Source: Bacilli bacterium
Lineage (GTDB): Bacteria; Bacillota_I; Bacilli_A; RF39; UBA660
Reading direction: 5' to 3'
Assembly: GCA_017536505.1 (NCBI GenBank)
Contig: JAFXHG010000027.1
Coordinates: 89,286-153,285, forward strand
Length of the DNA stretch: 64,000 nucleotides
Shown here: in pieces, positions 18,134 to 28,183 of the stretch
How the letters are laid out: the number at the start of each line of letters is the position of its first letter
Position numbering within the stretch: position 1 is the first letter of the stretch
Program-made: the position numbers and the translations under genes
Notes under the pieces: model-generated
What the model saw: the letters and a program-made list of their open reading frames with translations, nothing else
What the model was told of the DNA's origin: nothing
Databases searched by the model: none

Positions 18134-20284
18134 GTGATGTTTATGCCAGAATTACTCGCTCCAGTAGGGAATATGGAATGTTTAAGTGCTGCTATAAATG
18201 CAGGTTGTGATGCAGTTTATTTGTCAGGTAGAAATTTTGGTGCTAGAAGTTTTGCTGGCAATTTTTCTAATGAAGAATTAGAAACTGCTATAAATTTATG
18301 CCATTTGTATGGTGTTAAAGTTTATATAACTGTAAATACAATAATATATGATTTAGAAGTAGATAGGTTCATGAATTATATAGAATATATACATAAACTT
18401 GGTGTAGATGCAGTTATAATGCAAGATATAGGTATGATAGATTTAGTTAGAAAAACTTATCCTAATTTAGAAATACATGCTTCAACACAAGCGAACATAC
18501 ATAATTTAGAAGGTGTTAAATTTTGTGAAGAACTTGGAATAAAAAGAGTAGTGCTTGCACGTGAAACTCCTATAGAATTAGTTAAAGAAATAAAAGAAAA
18601 TACAAATGCTGAAATAGAAATATTTATACATGGCGCACTTTGTATGAGCTATTCTGGTGAGTGTTTAATGAGTGCTTTAATAGGAAATAGAAGTGGTAAT
18701 AGAGGGACATGCGCACAAATATGTAGACAGCCTTATAGTTTAGAAATAGATGGTAAGATTGTAAGTAATAATGAATATTTATTAAGTACAAAAGATTTAA
18801 ATACATTAGAAAATATTGGAAAGTTAATTGAATGTGGAATAGATAGTTTAAAAATAGAAGGTAGAATGAAAAGACCTGAATATGTATATTTAGTTACTAG
18901 TATGTATCGTAAAGCAATTGACAACTATGTAAAGTATAAAGAAACTAAAATTACTGAAGAAGATATAAAAGAATTAAAGAAATTATTTAATAGAGAATTT
19001 ACTAAAGGATTTTTATTTAATGAAGAAACTGATAATTTTACTAATACATTTAGACCTAATCATATAGGAATAAAAATAGGTAAAGTTTTAGATTATAAAA
19101 AAGGACAAGTTATAATAAAATTGAATGATGATTTAAATATTAATGATGGGATTAGAATAATAGGAAATAATGATACAGGTAGCATTGTAACTTTAATGTA
19201 TAAAAAAGGTAGTAGGGTAAATAATGCATATAAAGGAGATATAGTTAGTATTCCTTTTAAAGAAAAAGTAAACAACGAAAATATAGTTTTAAAAACTACA
19301 GATTATAATCAAATAAAAGAAATACAAAACAAAATTAAAATAGATAAGAAAATTAAAATAAGTGGAAAATGCATATTGAAAGTAGGAGAACCTATAAAAT
19401 TAGTTATTAATGATTCTAAAAATGTAGTAGAAAAAATAAGTGACTATGTAGTAGAAAGTTCTCAAAAAACAGAAACTACTATTGATAGAATAAAAGAACA
19501 ATTAAATAAGTTAGGTGATACTGTATATGAATTTGATAATCTTGAAATAGAAAAAGACGATGATATATTTGTACCAATTAATAAATTAAATGAACTTAGA
19601 AGAGAAGTTATGCACACATTAAATAATTTAAGAATGTATAAAACCGAATACAAAAAAGAAAACTATGATATATATGTGGATAATTTTGAGAAAGAAAGTA
19701 ATAAAAATATATTAATAAGTACTTATGAACAATATTTGAAAGTTAAAGATGATTATGAAATTATTTATGTTGATAATATGGATGAATTTAATAAAATAAA
19801 TGATAAAAAATGTGTATTAAAATTACCTAGAATTAATGAACATTTGAAAGAGTATGATCAAAGATTATTAGTAAGTGATTTAGGTAGTATTTATAAATAT
19901 AAATATATAGATACAGATTTTTCTCTTAATGTAACTAATTCATATAGTGTTGCTTTTTTGCATAATATAGGTGTTAAAAAAGTGACTTTATCTCATGAAT
20001 TAAATTATAAACAAATTAAAACTTTAATAGATTGTTATAAAAAAAGATATAATAAATATCCAAATGTTGAAGTAATAGTAGATTCAAATATTGAAGCTAT
20101 GGTTTGTAAATATAATTTATTAAAAAAATATAATAAAGATAATGGTTATCTTATAGATAGATTTAATAACAAATATAAACTAAAAATAAAAAATAATTTA
20201 ATGTATATTTATGATTATAAAAGAAAAAAATTAAATGAAAATTATTTTGATATAGGTGTTAATAATATAAGAATAAATTTATAA
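18134..20284 (+). CDS. U32-family protein (RlhA-like RNA hydroxylation factor / collagenase-like)
   Basis: ELLAPVG, HASTQ, HGALCMSYSGECLMS, NRGTCAQICR, KIEGRMK; long C-terminal extension. Confidence 0.88.
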   Translation: MMFMPELLAPVGNMECLSAAINAGCDAVYLSGRNFGARSFAGNFSNEELETAINLCHLYGVKVYITVNTIIYDLEVDRFMNYIEYIHKLGVDAVIMQDIGMIDLVRKTYPNLEIHASTQANIHNLEGVKFCEELGIKRVVLARETPIELVKEIKENTNAEIEIFIHGALCMSYSGECLMSALIGNRSGNRGTCAQICRQPYSLEIDGKIVSNNEYLLSTKDLNTLENIGKLIECGIDSLKIEGRMKRPEYVYLVTSMYRKAIDNYVKYKETKITEEDIKELKKLFNREFTKGFLFNEETDNFTNTFRPNHIGIKIGKVLDYKKGQVIIKLNDDLNINDGIRIIGNNDTGSIVTLMYKKGSRVNNAYKGDIVSIPFKEKVNNENIVLKTTDYNQIKEIQNKIKIDKKIKISGKCILKVGEPIKLVINDSKNVVEKISDYVVESSQKTETTIDRIKEQLNKLGDTVYEFDNLEIEKDDDIFVPINKLNELRREVMHTLNNLRMYKTEYKKENYDIYVDNFEKESNKNILISTYEQYLKVKDDYEIIYVDNMDEFNKINDKKCVLKLPRINEHLKEYDQRLLVSDLGSIYKYKYIDTDFSLNVTNSYSVAFLHNIGVKKVTLSHELNYKQIKTLIDCYKKRYNKYPNVEVIVDSNIEAMVCKYNLLKKYNKDNGYLIDRFNNKYKLKIKNNLMYIYDYKRKKLNENYFDIGVNNIRINL

Positions 20285-20340
20285 TTTCTATAATTTACTT
20301 ATAAAAATATCTATGTTATAATAATAAAGAGGTAGATAGT

Positions 20341-20760
20341 GTGAGTATAGAAGTAGAAACTTTAAAGAAAAAAGATATAGATAGTTATATTAAATTTATA
20401 GATGAAATTTTTGGTTACGAATGTAATAAAGAAGCAATAGAAAAAATGATTAGAAAACATAAAGTTTTAGTAATAAAAAACGAAGAAGAGGTAGTAGCTA
20501 GTGTAACTTTAGAAGAAAGATTTGAATATATTAAAAATCAAAAATATTATTATATAAGTTATTTAGGTGTAAAAAAAGATTATAGAAGAAATCATTATGC
20601 ATCTAAATTATTTAATAAAATAGAAGAATTAGTAAAAGAGAATGATATTAAATATTTAGAATTAACTTCAGGTAATCAAAGAAGACAAGCTCATTATTTT
20701 TATAAATCAAAAGAATTTAAAATAAAGGATACTATGGTTTTTGTAAAATTCTATAATTAA
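20341..20760 (+). CDS. GNAT-family acetyltransferase
   Basis: LGVKKDYRRNHYAS motif A; RQAHYFY. Confidence 0.85.
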   Translation: MSIEVETLKKKDIDSYIKFIDEIFGYECNKEAIEKMIRKHKVLVIKNEEEVVASVTLEERFEYIKNQKYYYISYLGVKKDYRRNHYASKLFNKIEELVKENDIKYLELTSGNQRRQAHYFYKSKEFKIKDTMVFVKFYN

Positions 20761-20765
20761 AAAAG

Positions 20766-20817
20766 TGAATTTATGTTCGCTTTTTTTATTGACTAAAAAT
20801 AATATATTTAATATAAT
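20766..20817 (+). promoter_or_regulatory. dinB promoter with candidate LexA (Cheo) box
   Basis: tGAAt-ttat-GTTCg at 20766-20779; TTGACT(20789)-17-TATAAT(20812). Confidence 0.55.
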
Positions 20818-20833
20818 TAAAGTGGTGATAATT

Positions 20834-22021
20834 ATGGATAATATATTTATGCATATAGATGTAAACAATGCTTTTCTTTCATGGACAGCAGTAGATTTAT
20901 TAAACAAGGGATATAAGATAGATATAAGAAATATAGAGTCCATAATAGGTGGAGATGAAACACAAAGAAGAGGTATTGTACTTGCTAAAAGTATGGTAGC
21001 TAAAAGTAAAGGGGTTAAGACTGCAGAAACTATAAGGGATGCAAAAAGAAAATGTAATAATTTAAAAATATTTCCTCCTAATCATAAATTGTATGAAGAA
21101 ATGTCTAATAAATTATTTAATCTTATAAGTAACTATACTCCAGATATAGAAAAATTAAGTGTTGATGAATGCTTTATAGATTATACAAAGGTTAGAAATT
21201 TATATGGAGATCCTATAAAATTTGCTTACAAATTAAAAAATGAAATCAAAAATATTTTAGGATTTACAGTTAATATAGGTATAGCTAATAATAAATTATG
21301 TGCTAAAATGGCTAGTGATTTTTTAAAACCTGATAGAGTACATACATTATTTAAAGAAGAAGTGAAATTAAAAATGTATCCTCTTCCTATAGAAGAATTA
21401 TATGGAGTAGGTAGAAGTAGTAGTAAAAAATTAAGAGAACTTAATATAAACACAGTAGGTGATTTAGCAAATGCTAATCCTAAAATACTATATAAATATT
21501 TTAAGAATCAAACAGAAAAACTTATAAATAGTGCTAAAGGAATAGATGATAGTATAATAGTTTCAAAAAAACAAGAATGTGAATGTATAAGTAATTCTAC
21601 AACTACGAGTTATAATTTAAATAGTTTAGAAGAAATATATAAATTTTTATATCCTTTAGTAGAAAATGTTAGTATGACTTTGAGAAAAAATAATAAGTAT
21701 TCCTCTTTAGTTAGTGTAATGTTAAAAGACAAGAATTTTAAAACAAGTTCACATCAAAGAAAATTAAAAAATCCAACTAGCAATACAGATGCAATATATA
21801 ACATATCCAAGGAATTAGTTAAAGAATTATGGAACGAAGAAGGAATTAGATTAGTAGGTGTTTCTTTAGGGAAACTTTCTAATTTTCAAACACATCAAAT
21901 ATCTTTATTTGAGGATGTTAAAATAGTAGAAAATAATAATGAACTTGATAAAGTTGTAGATAAATTAAAAAATATTTATGGAAATAATATAATAAAAAAG
22001 GCATCACAGATAAAAAAATAA
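20834..22021 (+). CDS. dinB: DNA polymerase IV (Y family)
   Basis: HIDVNNAF, SVDECF, NKLCAKMASDF, LYGVG. Confidence 0.94.
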   Translation: MDNIFMHIDVNNAFLSWTAVDLLNKGYKIDIRNIESIIGGDETQRRGIVLAKSMVAKSKGVKTAETIRDAKRKCNNLKIFPPNHKLYEEMSNKLFNLISNYTPDIEKLSVDECFIDYTKVRNLYGDPIKFAYKLKNEIKNILGFTVNIGIANNKLCAKMASDFLKPDRVHTLFKEEVKLKMYPLPIEELYGVGRSSSKKLRELNINTVGDLANANPKILYKYFKNQTEKLINSAKGIDDSIIVSKKQECECISNSTTTSYNLNSLEEIYKFLYPLVENVSMTLRKNNKYSSLVSVMLKDKNFKTSSHQRKLKNPTSNTDAIYNISKELVKELWNEEGIRLVGVSLGKLSNFQTHQISLFEDVKIVENNNELDKVVDKLKNIYGNNIIKKASQIKK

Positions 22022-22077
22022 GAAAATTGTTGAATAAAGTCATAAAAACTAGTATAATTTAAGTAGGTGATGTATAT

Positions 22078-22497
22078 ATGGTATGGATATGGTTAGGAAT
22101 AGTTATTGTTTTAACCTTATTAGAACTTGCTACAGTTAATTTAGTTACTGTTTGGTTTATAGCAAGTGCGATAGTTTCTTTAATTTTATCTATTTTTGTT
22201 GATAGTTTCTTTATTCAATTTTTAGTGTTTGTAATTTTAGGGACAATTCTTTTAATTACTACTAGAGATTATTTATTAAAATGGCTTGGAAATAAAAAAG
22301 AAAAAACTAATTTAGATAGAGTAATTGGTATGGAAGCAATAGTTACAGAAGAAATAGGAAAAAATAAACCTGGAGAAGTAAAAGTAGATGGTAAAAGATG
22401 GACTGCAGTAGCAAATAAAAAAATTAAGGTCAATAGTACTGTAAAAGTGCTTGAGATAAATGGGGTAAAATTAAAAGTTGAGGAGGTAAAAGATTAA
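22078..22497 (+). CDS. NfeD-family membrane protein
   Basis: Hydrophobic N-terminus plus OB fold (GEVKVDGKRW); paired with an SPFH gene. Confidence 0.92.
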   Translation: MVWIWLGIVIVLTLLELATVNLVTVWFIASAIVSLILSIFVDSFFIQFLVFVILGTILLITTRDYLLKWLGNKKEKTNLDRVIGMEAIVTEEIGKNKPGEVKVDGKRWTAVANKKIKVNSTVKVLEINGVKLKVEEVKD

Positions 22498-23384
22498 TGA
22501 CAATTTTAATTATTATTCTTGTTATTATAGGAGTTTTAGTAATTCCAAATATTAAAATAGTGCCCCAAGCAAAGGCATATGTTGTAGAAAGAATTGGGTC
22601 TTATTTTGAAACTTGGGGAAATGGATTACACGTAAAAATACCATTTTTAGATCGTGTTGCCAATCAAGTTACATTGAAAGAAATTGTTAAAGATTTCGCA
22701 CCACAACCGGTAATTACAAAAGATAATGTTACTATGCAAATAGACACAGTTGTTTATTTTCAAATAACAGATCCTAAATTATATACTTATGGAGTGGAAA
22801 ATCCAATAAATGCAATTGAAAATTTAACTGCAACTACACTCCGTAATATAATTGGGGAACTTGAATTAGATCAAACTTTAACATCAAGAGATATTATAAA
22901 TGCAAAAATGAGATCAATTCTAGATGAAGCAACAGATCCTTGGGGTATTAAAGTTAATCGTGTTGAAGTTAAAAATATTATTCCACCAAGAGATATCCAA
23001 GATGCAATGGAAAAACAAATGCGTGCTGAACGTGAAAGACGTGAGTCTATTCTTAAAGCAGAGGGAGAAAAGAAATCTGCAATATTAATTGCAGAAGGAG
23101 AAAAAGAAAGTGCAATTTTAAGAGCAGAAGCTAAAAAAGAAGCTCAAATTAAAGAAGCAGAAGGTGAAGCTGAAGCATTATTGAAAATAAAAACAGCTGA
23201 AGCACAAGGTATTAGAATGATAATGTCAGTTAAGCCTGATGAAAAAATTATTACTATGAAAAGTTTAGATGCATTAGAAAAAGTAGCAAATGGTCAAGCA
23301 ACAAAAATCATTGTTCCATCAGATTTACAAAATATTGCAACTATTGGTACAACAATCAAAGAAATGATAAAAGATGAAAAATAG
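22497..23384 (+). CDS. SPFH/band 7 (paraslipin/QmcA-like) protein
   Basis: ITKDNV, LRNIIG, WGIKVNRVEVK, AERERR. Confidence 0.95.
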   Translation: MTILIIILVIIGVLVIPNIKIVPQAKAYVVERIGSYFETWGNGLHVKIPFLDRVANQVTLKEIVKDFAPQPVITKDNVTMQIDTVVYFQITDPKLYTYGVENPINAIENLTATTLRNIIGELELDQTLTSRDIINAKMRSILDEATDPWGIKVNRVEVKNIIPPRDIQDAMEKQMRAERERRESILKAEGEKKSAILIAEGEKESAILRAEAKKEAQIKEAEGEAEALLKIKTAEAQGIRMIMSVKPDEKIITMKSLDALEKVANGQATKIIVPSDLQNIATIGTTIKEMIKDEK

Positions 23385-24174
23385 TTTAAAATATATAAAA
23401 AATATATTTAAAGTATTAATTTGGCCTATTGTATTTACAATAGGCTCTTTTTTAATAAATTATATATTTGTCGCAATATTTAATTCTAAAGAAAAAGGAA
23501 CAATGAATGATACTGAGTTTATGAAATATATTAGTACAATAGAATATCAAGAAAAACTTAGTAATTATATAAACTCAAAAACAATTTTTATAGTTTTAAT
23601 AACTGCTTTAATATTTATACCAATTTTATATAAAGTTTTTAAAAAATATAGAACTAAAAGCAATTTTAAATTAAAGAATATAGCTATACCAATTGCTCTT
23701 GGTATATCAATATCACTCATTTATAATATTATTTTATTTCAATTAAATAATTTTTTAAATTTTACAAATATATTTGAAGTAAGTAGTATACCAATAATCA
23801 TACAAATAATATGTTCTGGTATATTAGGCCCTATACTTGAAGAGTTAGTGTTTAGAGGGATAGTTTATAATAAGTTAAAAAAATTTAACAAGAAAAAAGT
23901 TGCTATAATACTTACAAGCCTTATATTTGCTTTATTTCATAATAATATTATAAATGCAATATATGCATTTGGGGTTAGTTTAATACTTATATACCTATAT
24001 GAAAAATATAAAACTTTAAAAGCTCCAATATTAATGCATATAGCATTAAATACAACAATAATACTTATGCTAAATTTAATTACTAAAAATTTTATAATAT
24101 TTAATTTATATTTATTAATAGTTAGTATAATAATTTTGTTAGTTTTAAAAATTTATTTAAAAAAAGATGTATAA
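23374..24174 (+). CDS. CPBP/Abi-family intramembrane glutamic endopeptidase
   Basis: PILEELVFRG, FALFH, HIALN; multiple TM helices. Confidence 0.92.
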   Translation: MKNSLKYIKNIFKVLIWPIVFTIGSFLINYIFVAIFNSKEKGTMNDTEFMKYISTIEYQEKLSNYINSKTIFIVLITALIFIPILYKVFKKYRTKSNFKLKNIAIPIALGISISLIYNIILFQLNNFLNFTNIFEVSSIPIIIQIICSGILGPILEELVFRGIVYNKLKKFNKKKVAIILTSLIFALFHNNIINAIYAFGVSLILIYLYEKYKTLKAPILMHIALNTTIILMLNLITKNFIIFNLYLLIVSIIILLVLKIYLKKDV

Positions 24175-24225
24175 AGAAATTCAAATTACATAATATAATA
24201 ATGTAAGCAATACGCTTACGTTTCA

Positions 24226-24254
24226 AAGAACTAGATTTATTCTAGTTCTTTTTT
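24226..24254 (+). terminator. Intrinsic terminator
   Basis: AAGAACTAGA-TTTAT-TCTAGTTCTT followed by T tract. Confidence 0.75.
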
Positions 24255-24331
24255 GTAAACTGATACAAAAAAATTTTACTTAATGGCACAAGTAATATAT
24301 ATTTATGTTATAATACTTTTGGGGTGGTAAT

Positions 24332-25036
24332 ATGTCAAAACCTATAATAGGTATAGTAGGTAGATCAGATATATCAAGAGAAGAGTATAATACAATTTGT
24401 TGTTTTGAAAGTGTTAGAAGAAGTATAATAAAAAAAGGTGGTATACCTATACTTATATTACCTAATCAAGATTTAGAATATGAAATATCAAGACCTAAAG
24501 ATATTGATAGGTTAACACTTGAAGAAAAAAATGATTTAAGAAAAGTTATAGATATATGTGATGGAATTGTTATGCCCGGGACATATAAATTATTTGAATA
24601 TGATAGATTTATTTATGAATATGCATTAAATAAAGATATTCCAATTTTAGGTTTATGTGGAGGAATGCAGTTAATGGGTCTTGTAGATAATGATGATGTA
24701 GATTCAAAAGATATTTTAATAAAAAATAATACAGATATACTTCATTTTCAAAAAGGAATAAAATATGTTCATAAAATAAATATTATAGAGAATACTTTAT
24801 TAAGTAAAATACTAAATAAAAAAGAATTAAATATAAATAGTAGACATAATTTTCATTTAGATAAAGTAAAAAAATTAAAGGTATGTGCCTATTCTGAAGA
24901 TGGTATAATAGAAGCTGTAGAATTATCAGATAAAAAATTTGTATTAGGAGTACAATGGCATCCAGAATCTATGTTAGACTTTGATGAAAATGCTAATAAA
25001 ATATTTGAAACTTTTATATCATCTTGTAAAGTTTAA
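24332..25036 (+). CDS. Peptidase C26 / gamma-glutamyl-gamma-aminobutyrate hydrolase family
   Basis: KPIIGI, GLCGGMQ nucleophile elbow, VQWHPE. Confidence 0.92.
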   Translation: MSKPIIGIVGRSDISREEYNTICCFESVRRSIIKKGGIPILILPNQDLEYEISRPKDIDRLTLEEKNDLRKVIDICDGIVMPGTYKLFEYDRFIYEYALNKDIPILGLCGGMQLMGLVDNDDVDSKDILIKNNTDILHFQKGIKYVHKINIIENTLLSKILNKKELNINSRHNFHLDKVKKLKVCAYSEDGIIEAVELSDKKFVLGVQWHPESMLDFDENANKIFETFISSCKV

Positions 25037-25069
25037 TATAATAAATTTTATTAAAAGGGAAGGTTTTTT

Positions 25070-26383
25070 ATGGAAAGAGAAAGTAATATAAATTCAATAT
25101 TAGAAGAATTAATTAAGAGTGGTAGTGAAATAGATTATTTAAAAGACTTAAAGAAAAGAAGTTTAGAAATAGTAAAAAAAGATATTGATTTAAGTGAAGT
25201 TTTAAACGAAATTGCTAAAGAAATAAAAGAACAAACTGAAAGTTTTTTAAATCAAAAAAATCAATATGATATAAATTATATCTCAGGTATTTCAACTTGT
25301 ATATATTTACCAGATTTTAATAACAATGGAGAATATAAATTAAAGTTAATAGGTGGAACTACATCTAGAAATAAAGATTTAAAAGTAAATGAAAGAACTA
25401 TGTTTGATATTGCCTCAATAACAAAGTTATATACGCTTTTACTTTTATTTAAATTAGAAGAAAAAGGGATAATTAATCTTAATGATAAAATATGTGATAT
25501 AAATCCAGATTTTCAAAATTTAGAGGATTTTACACTTAATGATTTAGTGAGACTTCATGGAGATCTTAGAACTAATGGTAATATAACTCAAGCAACTTCT
25601 AAAGAAGAGGCTTATGAATTATTGAAAACATTATATTTAAATTCAAATACTAGAGAAGAAAATAAATATACGGATTTTGGTGCTATAGTAATAGGAGATA
25701 CTATTGAAAAAGTTGTGTCTAGATATTTAGGAAAAGAAATGACTTTTGAAGAAATTATGCATAAATATTTATTAGATCCAATATTTGCGATAAACACACA
25801 ATTTAATCCATACATATCAAATTTAAGTGGTAATGGAAATGATTTTGGTTTGGTACATGATCCTAAAGCTAGAATATTAGGTGGAGCAGTAGGACATGCT
25901 GGAATATTCACAACTAGTGATGATTTAGCTAGATTATCTAAAGAAATTTATAGTGTTAAGTATTATAGTAAATCATTAATAAGTAAGTCTCATCTTGATA
26001 GATTAGGGGAAATAACATTTCCAAATTCATCACAATCAAATAAAGGACATTTAGGATTATATGTTAAACATCCATTAGGTTATGCTAAAACATTCACTCC
26101 ACCAGAATTTTCTAAAGGTAGTTTTTCACATCAAGGATGGACAGGATCAGTTGCTACATTTGATCCAAATAATTTAATTCATAATAGTATATTAGTAAAT
26201 GCTATTTATGAAGATGATGAAAAAGAAAAAGTTAGAAATGATAAACCAATAGGATTTGGAACTGCTTTTGAAGAATATCAAAGACAGATTACAAAAAATA
26301 TTATGCTTATGTATATAGCAAAACAATATTTTAATAGATATTGTAATGTTAAAGAAAACATAAATATTACTAAATATATATAA
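25070..26383 (+). CDS. Cytoplasmic serine hydrolase, beta-lactamase/PBP-like family
   Basis: FDIASITK (SxxK), KYTD, GHAGIF, SHQGWTG; no signal peptide. Confidence 0.85.
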   Translation: MERESNINSILEELIKSGSEIDYLKDLKKRSLEIVKKDIDLSEVLNEIAKEIKEQTESFLNQKNQYDINYISGISTCIYLPDFNNNGEYKLKLIGGTTSRNKDLKVNERTMFDIASITKLYTLLLLFKLEEKGIINLNDKICDINPDFQNLEDFTLNDLVRLHGDLRTNGNITQATSKEEAYELLKTLYLNSNTREENKYTDFGAIVIGDTIEKVVSRYLGKEMTFEEIMHKYLLDPIFAINTQFNPYISNLSGNGNDFGLVHDPKARILGGAVGHAGIFTTSDDLARLSKEIYSVKYYSKSLISKSHLDRLGEITFPNSSQSNKGHLGLYVKHPLGYAKTFTPPEFSKGSFSHQGWTGSVATFDPNNLIHNSILVNAIYEDDEKEKVRNDKPIGFGTAFEEYQRQITKNIMLMYIAKQYFNRYCNVKENINITKYI

Positions 26384-26409
26384 AAAATATTTATTAGTTA
26401 GGTGATAAA

Positions 26410-27387
26410 ATGGTTGATGCTCATTATGATTTGCTATCTATTTGTTATGTATGTTATTTAAAAAATGATTATACTAAAATAGAAAAAATAGCAAAAGAAA
26501 TAAAAAGTAATAAAGAAGAAATAAAATGTATATTTGCCAATCTTTATTTTATGAGTGAAGATGAAATGAAAAATGAATTGCATCCATCTTATTATATTCA
26601 AAATGTATCAGTGTTAGATATGTTTAAAATAGCAAAAGAAATATTGGAAAGATATTTACCTGAAATAGATTTTTTGTATAGTATCGAGGGTTGTGATTAT
26701 ATAGAAATTGATGATCTTGAATTGTTATATAATGAGGGATTAAGATCAATTATACCAGTTTGGAATACAGAAAATAAATATGGTTCTGGTAATAGAACAA
26801 ATAAAGGATTAACTAAAGAAGGAATAAATCTTATTAATCAAGCAATAGATCTTGGAATAGGTATAGATTTATCTCATGCTAATTTAAATACGTTTTATGG
26901 TATCATAGAAGTTATAAAAGAAAAACAAAAATTAAATAAAGAAGTTATTTGCTATGCGAGTCATTCTAATGCTAGAATATTATGTGATAGAGAAAGAAAT
27001 CTTACTGATGTACAGTTAAAATTGATTAAAGAGGTAAGTGGTTTAGTAGGTATATTTTCTAATAGAAATTTTATAACACATAACTATAACTTAAATAAAG
27101 AAGAACAACAATTGGAATATTTAAAACATATAATATACATTTCAAATATAATAGGTATAGATAATGTTATGTTATCTACTGATGATATGCGTTTTTGTGG
27201 TGATATAGATCCTGAATATTATGAATTACCAATATACGATTATAGTAATATAGTACATGATACAAAACAAACTTTATTAAAATATTTCTCTTTAGAAGAT
27301 ACTAATAAAATATTATATGGTAATGCTTATAGTAAAATAATTGATAAATTGAATATAAAAAGTAATAGAAAGTGTAAAAAAGTATAA
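26410..27387 (+). CDS. Membrane dipeptidase family (M19) amidohydrolase
   Basis: DAHYD, IEG, DLSH, SHSN, STD. Confidence 0.88.
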   Translation: MVDAHYDLLSICYVCYLKNDYTKIEKIAKEIKSNKEEIKCIFANLYFMSEDEMKNELHPSYYIQNVSVLDMFKIAKEILERYLPEIDFLYSIEGCDYIEIDDLELLYNEGLRSIIPVWNTENKYGSGNRTNKGLTKEGINLINQAIDLGIGIDLSHANLNTFYGIIEVIKEKQKLNKEVICYASHSNARILCDRERNLTDVQLKLIKEVSGLVGIFSNRNFITHNYNLNKEEQQLEYLKHIIYISNIIGIDNVMLSTDDMRFCGDIDPEYYELPIYDYSNIVHDTKQTLLKYFSLEDTNKILYGNAYSKIIDKLNIKSNRKCKKV

Positions 27388-27447
27388 AAACTTTATACAT
27401 TTCTTTTTTTTTATATTTAAAAGTGTTATAATAATAATGGTGATAAA

Positions 27448-28182
27448 ATGATTAAACATATAAATAATGTTGATATCAATTATATAGATTATGGAGAAGG
27501 TAAAAATACAGTAGTATTACTTCATGGTTGGGGTCAAAATATAGAAATGATGAAACCTATAGGAGATAAACTTCAAAAATATAATAGAGTAATAATAGTT
27601 GATTTACCTGGATTTGGTAATTCAAAAGAACCAGATACTATATGGACTATGTATGATTATACAGAATGTATACATGAACTTTTAAAAAGTTTAAAAGTAA
27701 CTAATCCTATTATGATAGGTCATTCATTTGGTGGAAAAATAAGCTTAATATATGCAAGTAAGTATAAAACTAATAAATTAGTATTATTTGGCAGCCCTTT
27801 TAAAAAAGAGATTAAAAAACTTAGTACTAAAACTAAAATACTTAAAGCATTAAAGAAAGTACCTATACTAAATAAATTAGAAGGATTTGCTAAAAAACAT
27901 ATAGGATCTAGAGATTATAAACAAGCTAGTGAATTTATGAGAAAAATACTTGTAGAACATGTTAATCTTGATATAACAGAAGAAGTAAAAAAGATTAAAT
28001 GTCCTACATTAATAGTTTGGGGTACTATGGATCAAGAAGTACCAATTGAAAGAGCTTACGAACTTGAAAAATTAATTAGTGATGCAGCCGTTATACCTTA
28101 TGAAGGATGTAGTCACTATGCTTATTTAGAACGAATTAATCAAACAATAAATATTTTAAAGAACTTTATAGGAGGAGAATAA
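27448..28182 (+). CDS. Alpha/beta hydrolase
   Basis: LLHGWG, DLPGFG, GHSFGG, GTMD, SHY triad. Confidence 0.93.
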   Translation: MIKHINNVDINYIDYGEGKNTVVLLHGWGQNIEMMKPIGDKLQKYNRVIIVDLPGFGNSKEPDTIWTMYDYTECIHELLKSLKVTNPIMIGHSFGGKISLIYASKYKTNKLVLFGSPFKKEIKKLSTKTKILKALKKVPILNKLEGFAKKHIGSRDYKQASEFMRKILVEHVNLDITEEVKKIKCPTLIVWGTMDQEVPIERAYELEKLISDAAVIPYEGCSHYAYLERINQTINILKNFIGGE

Positions 28183-28183
28183 T

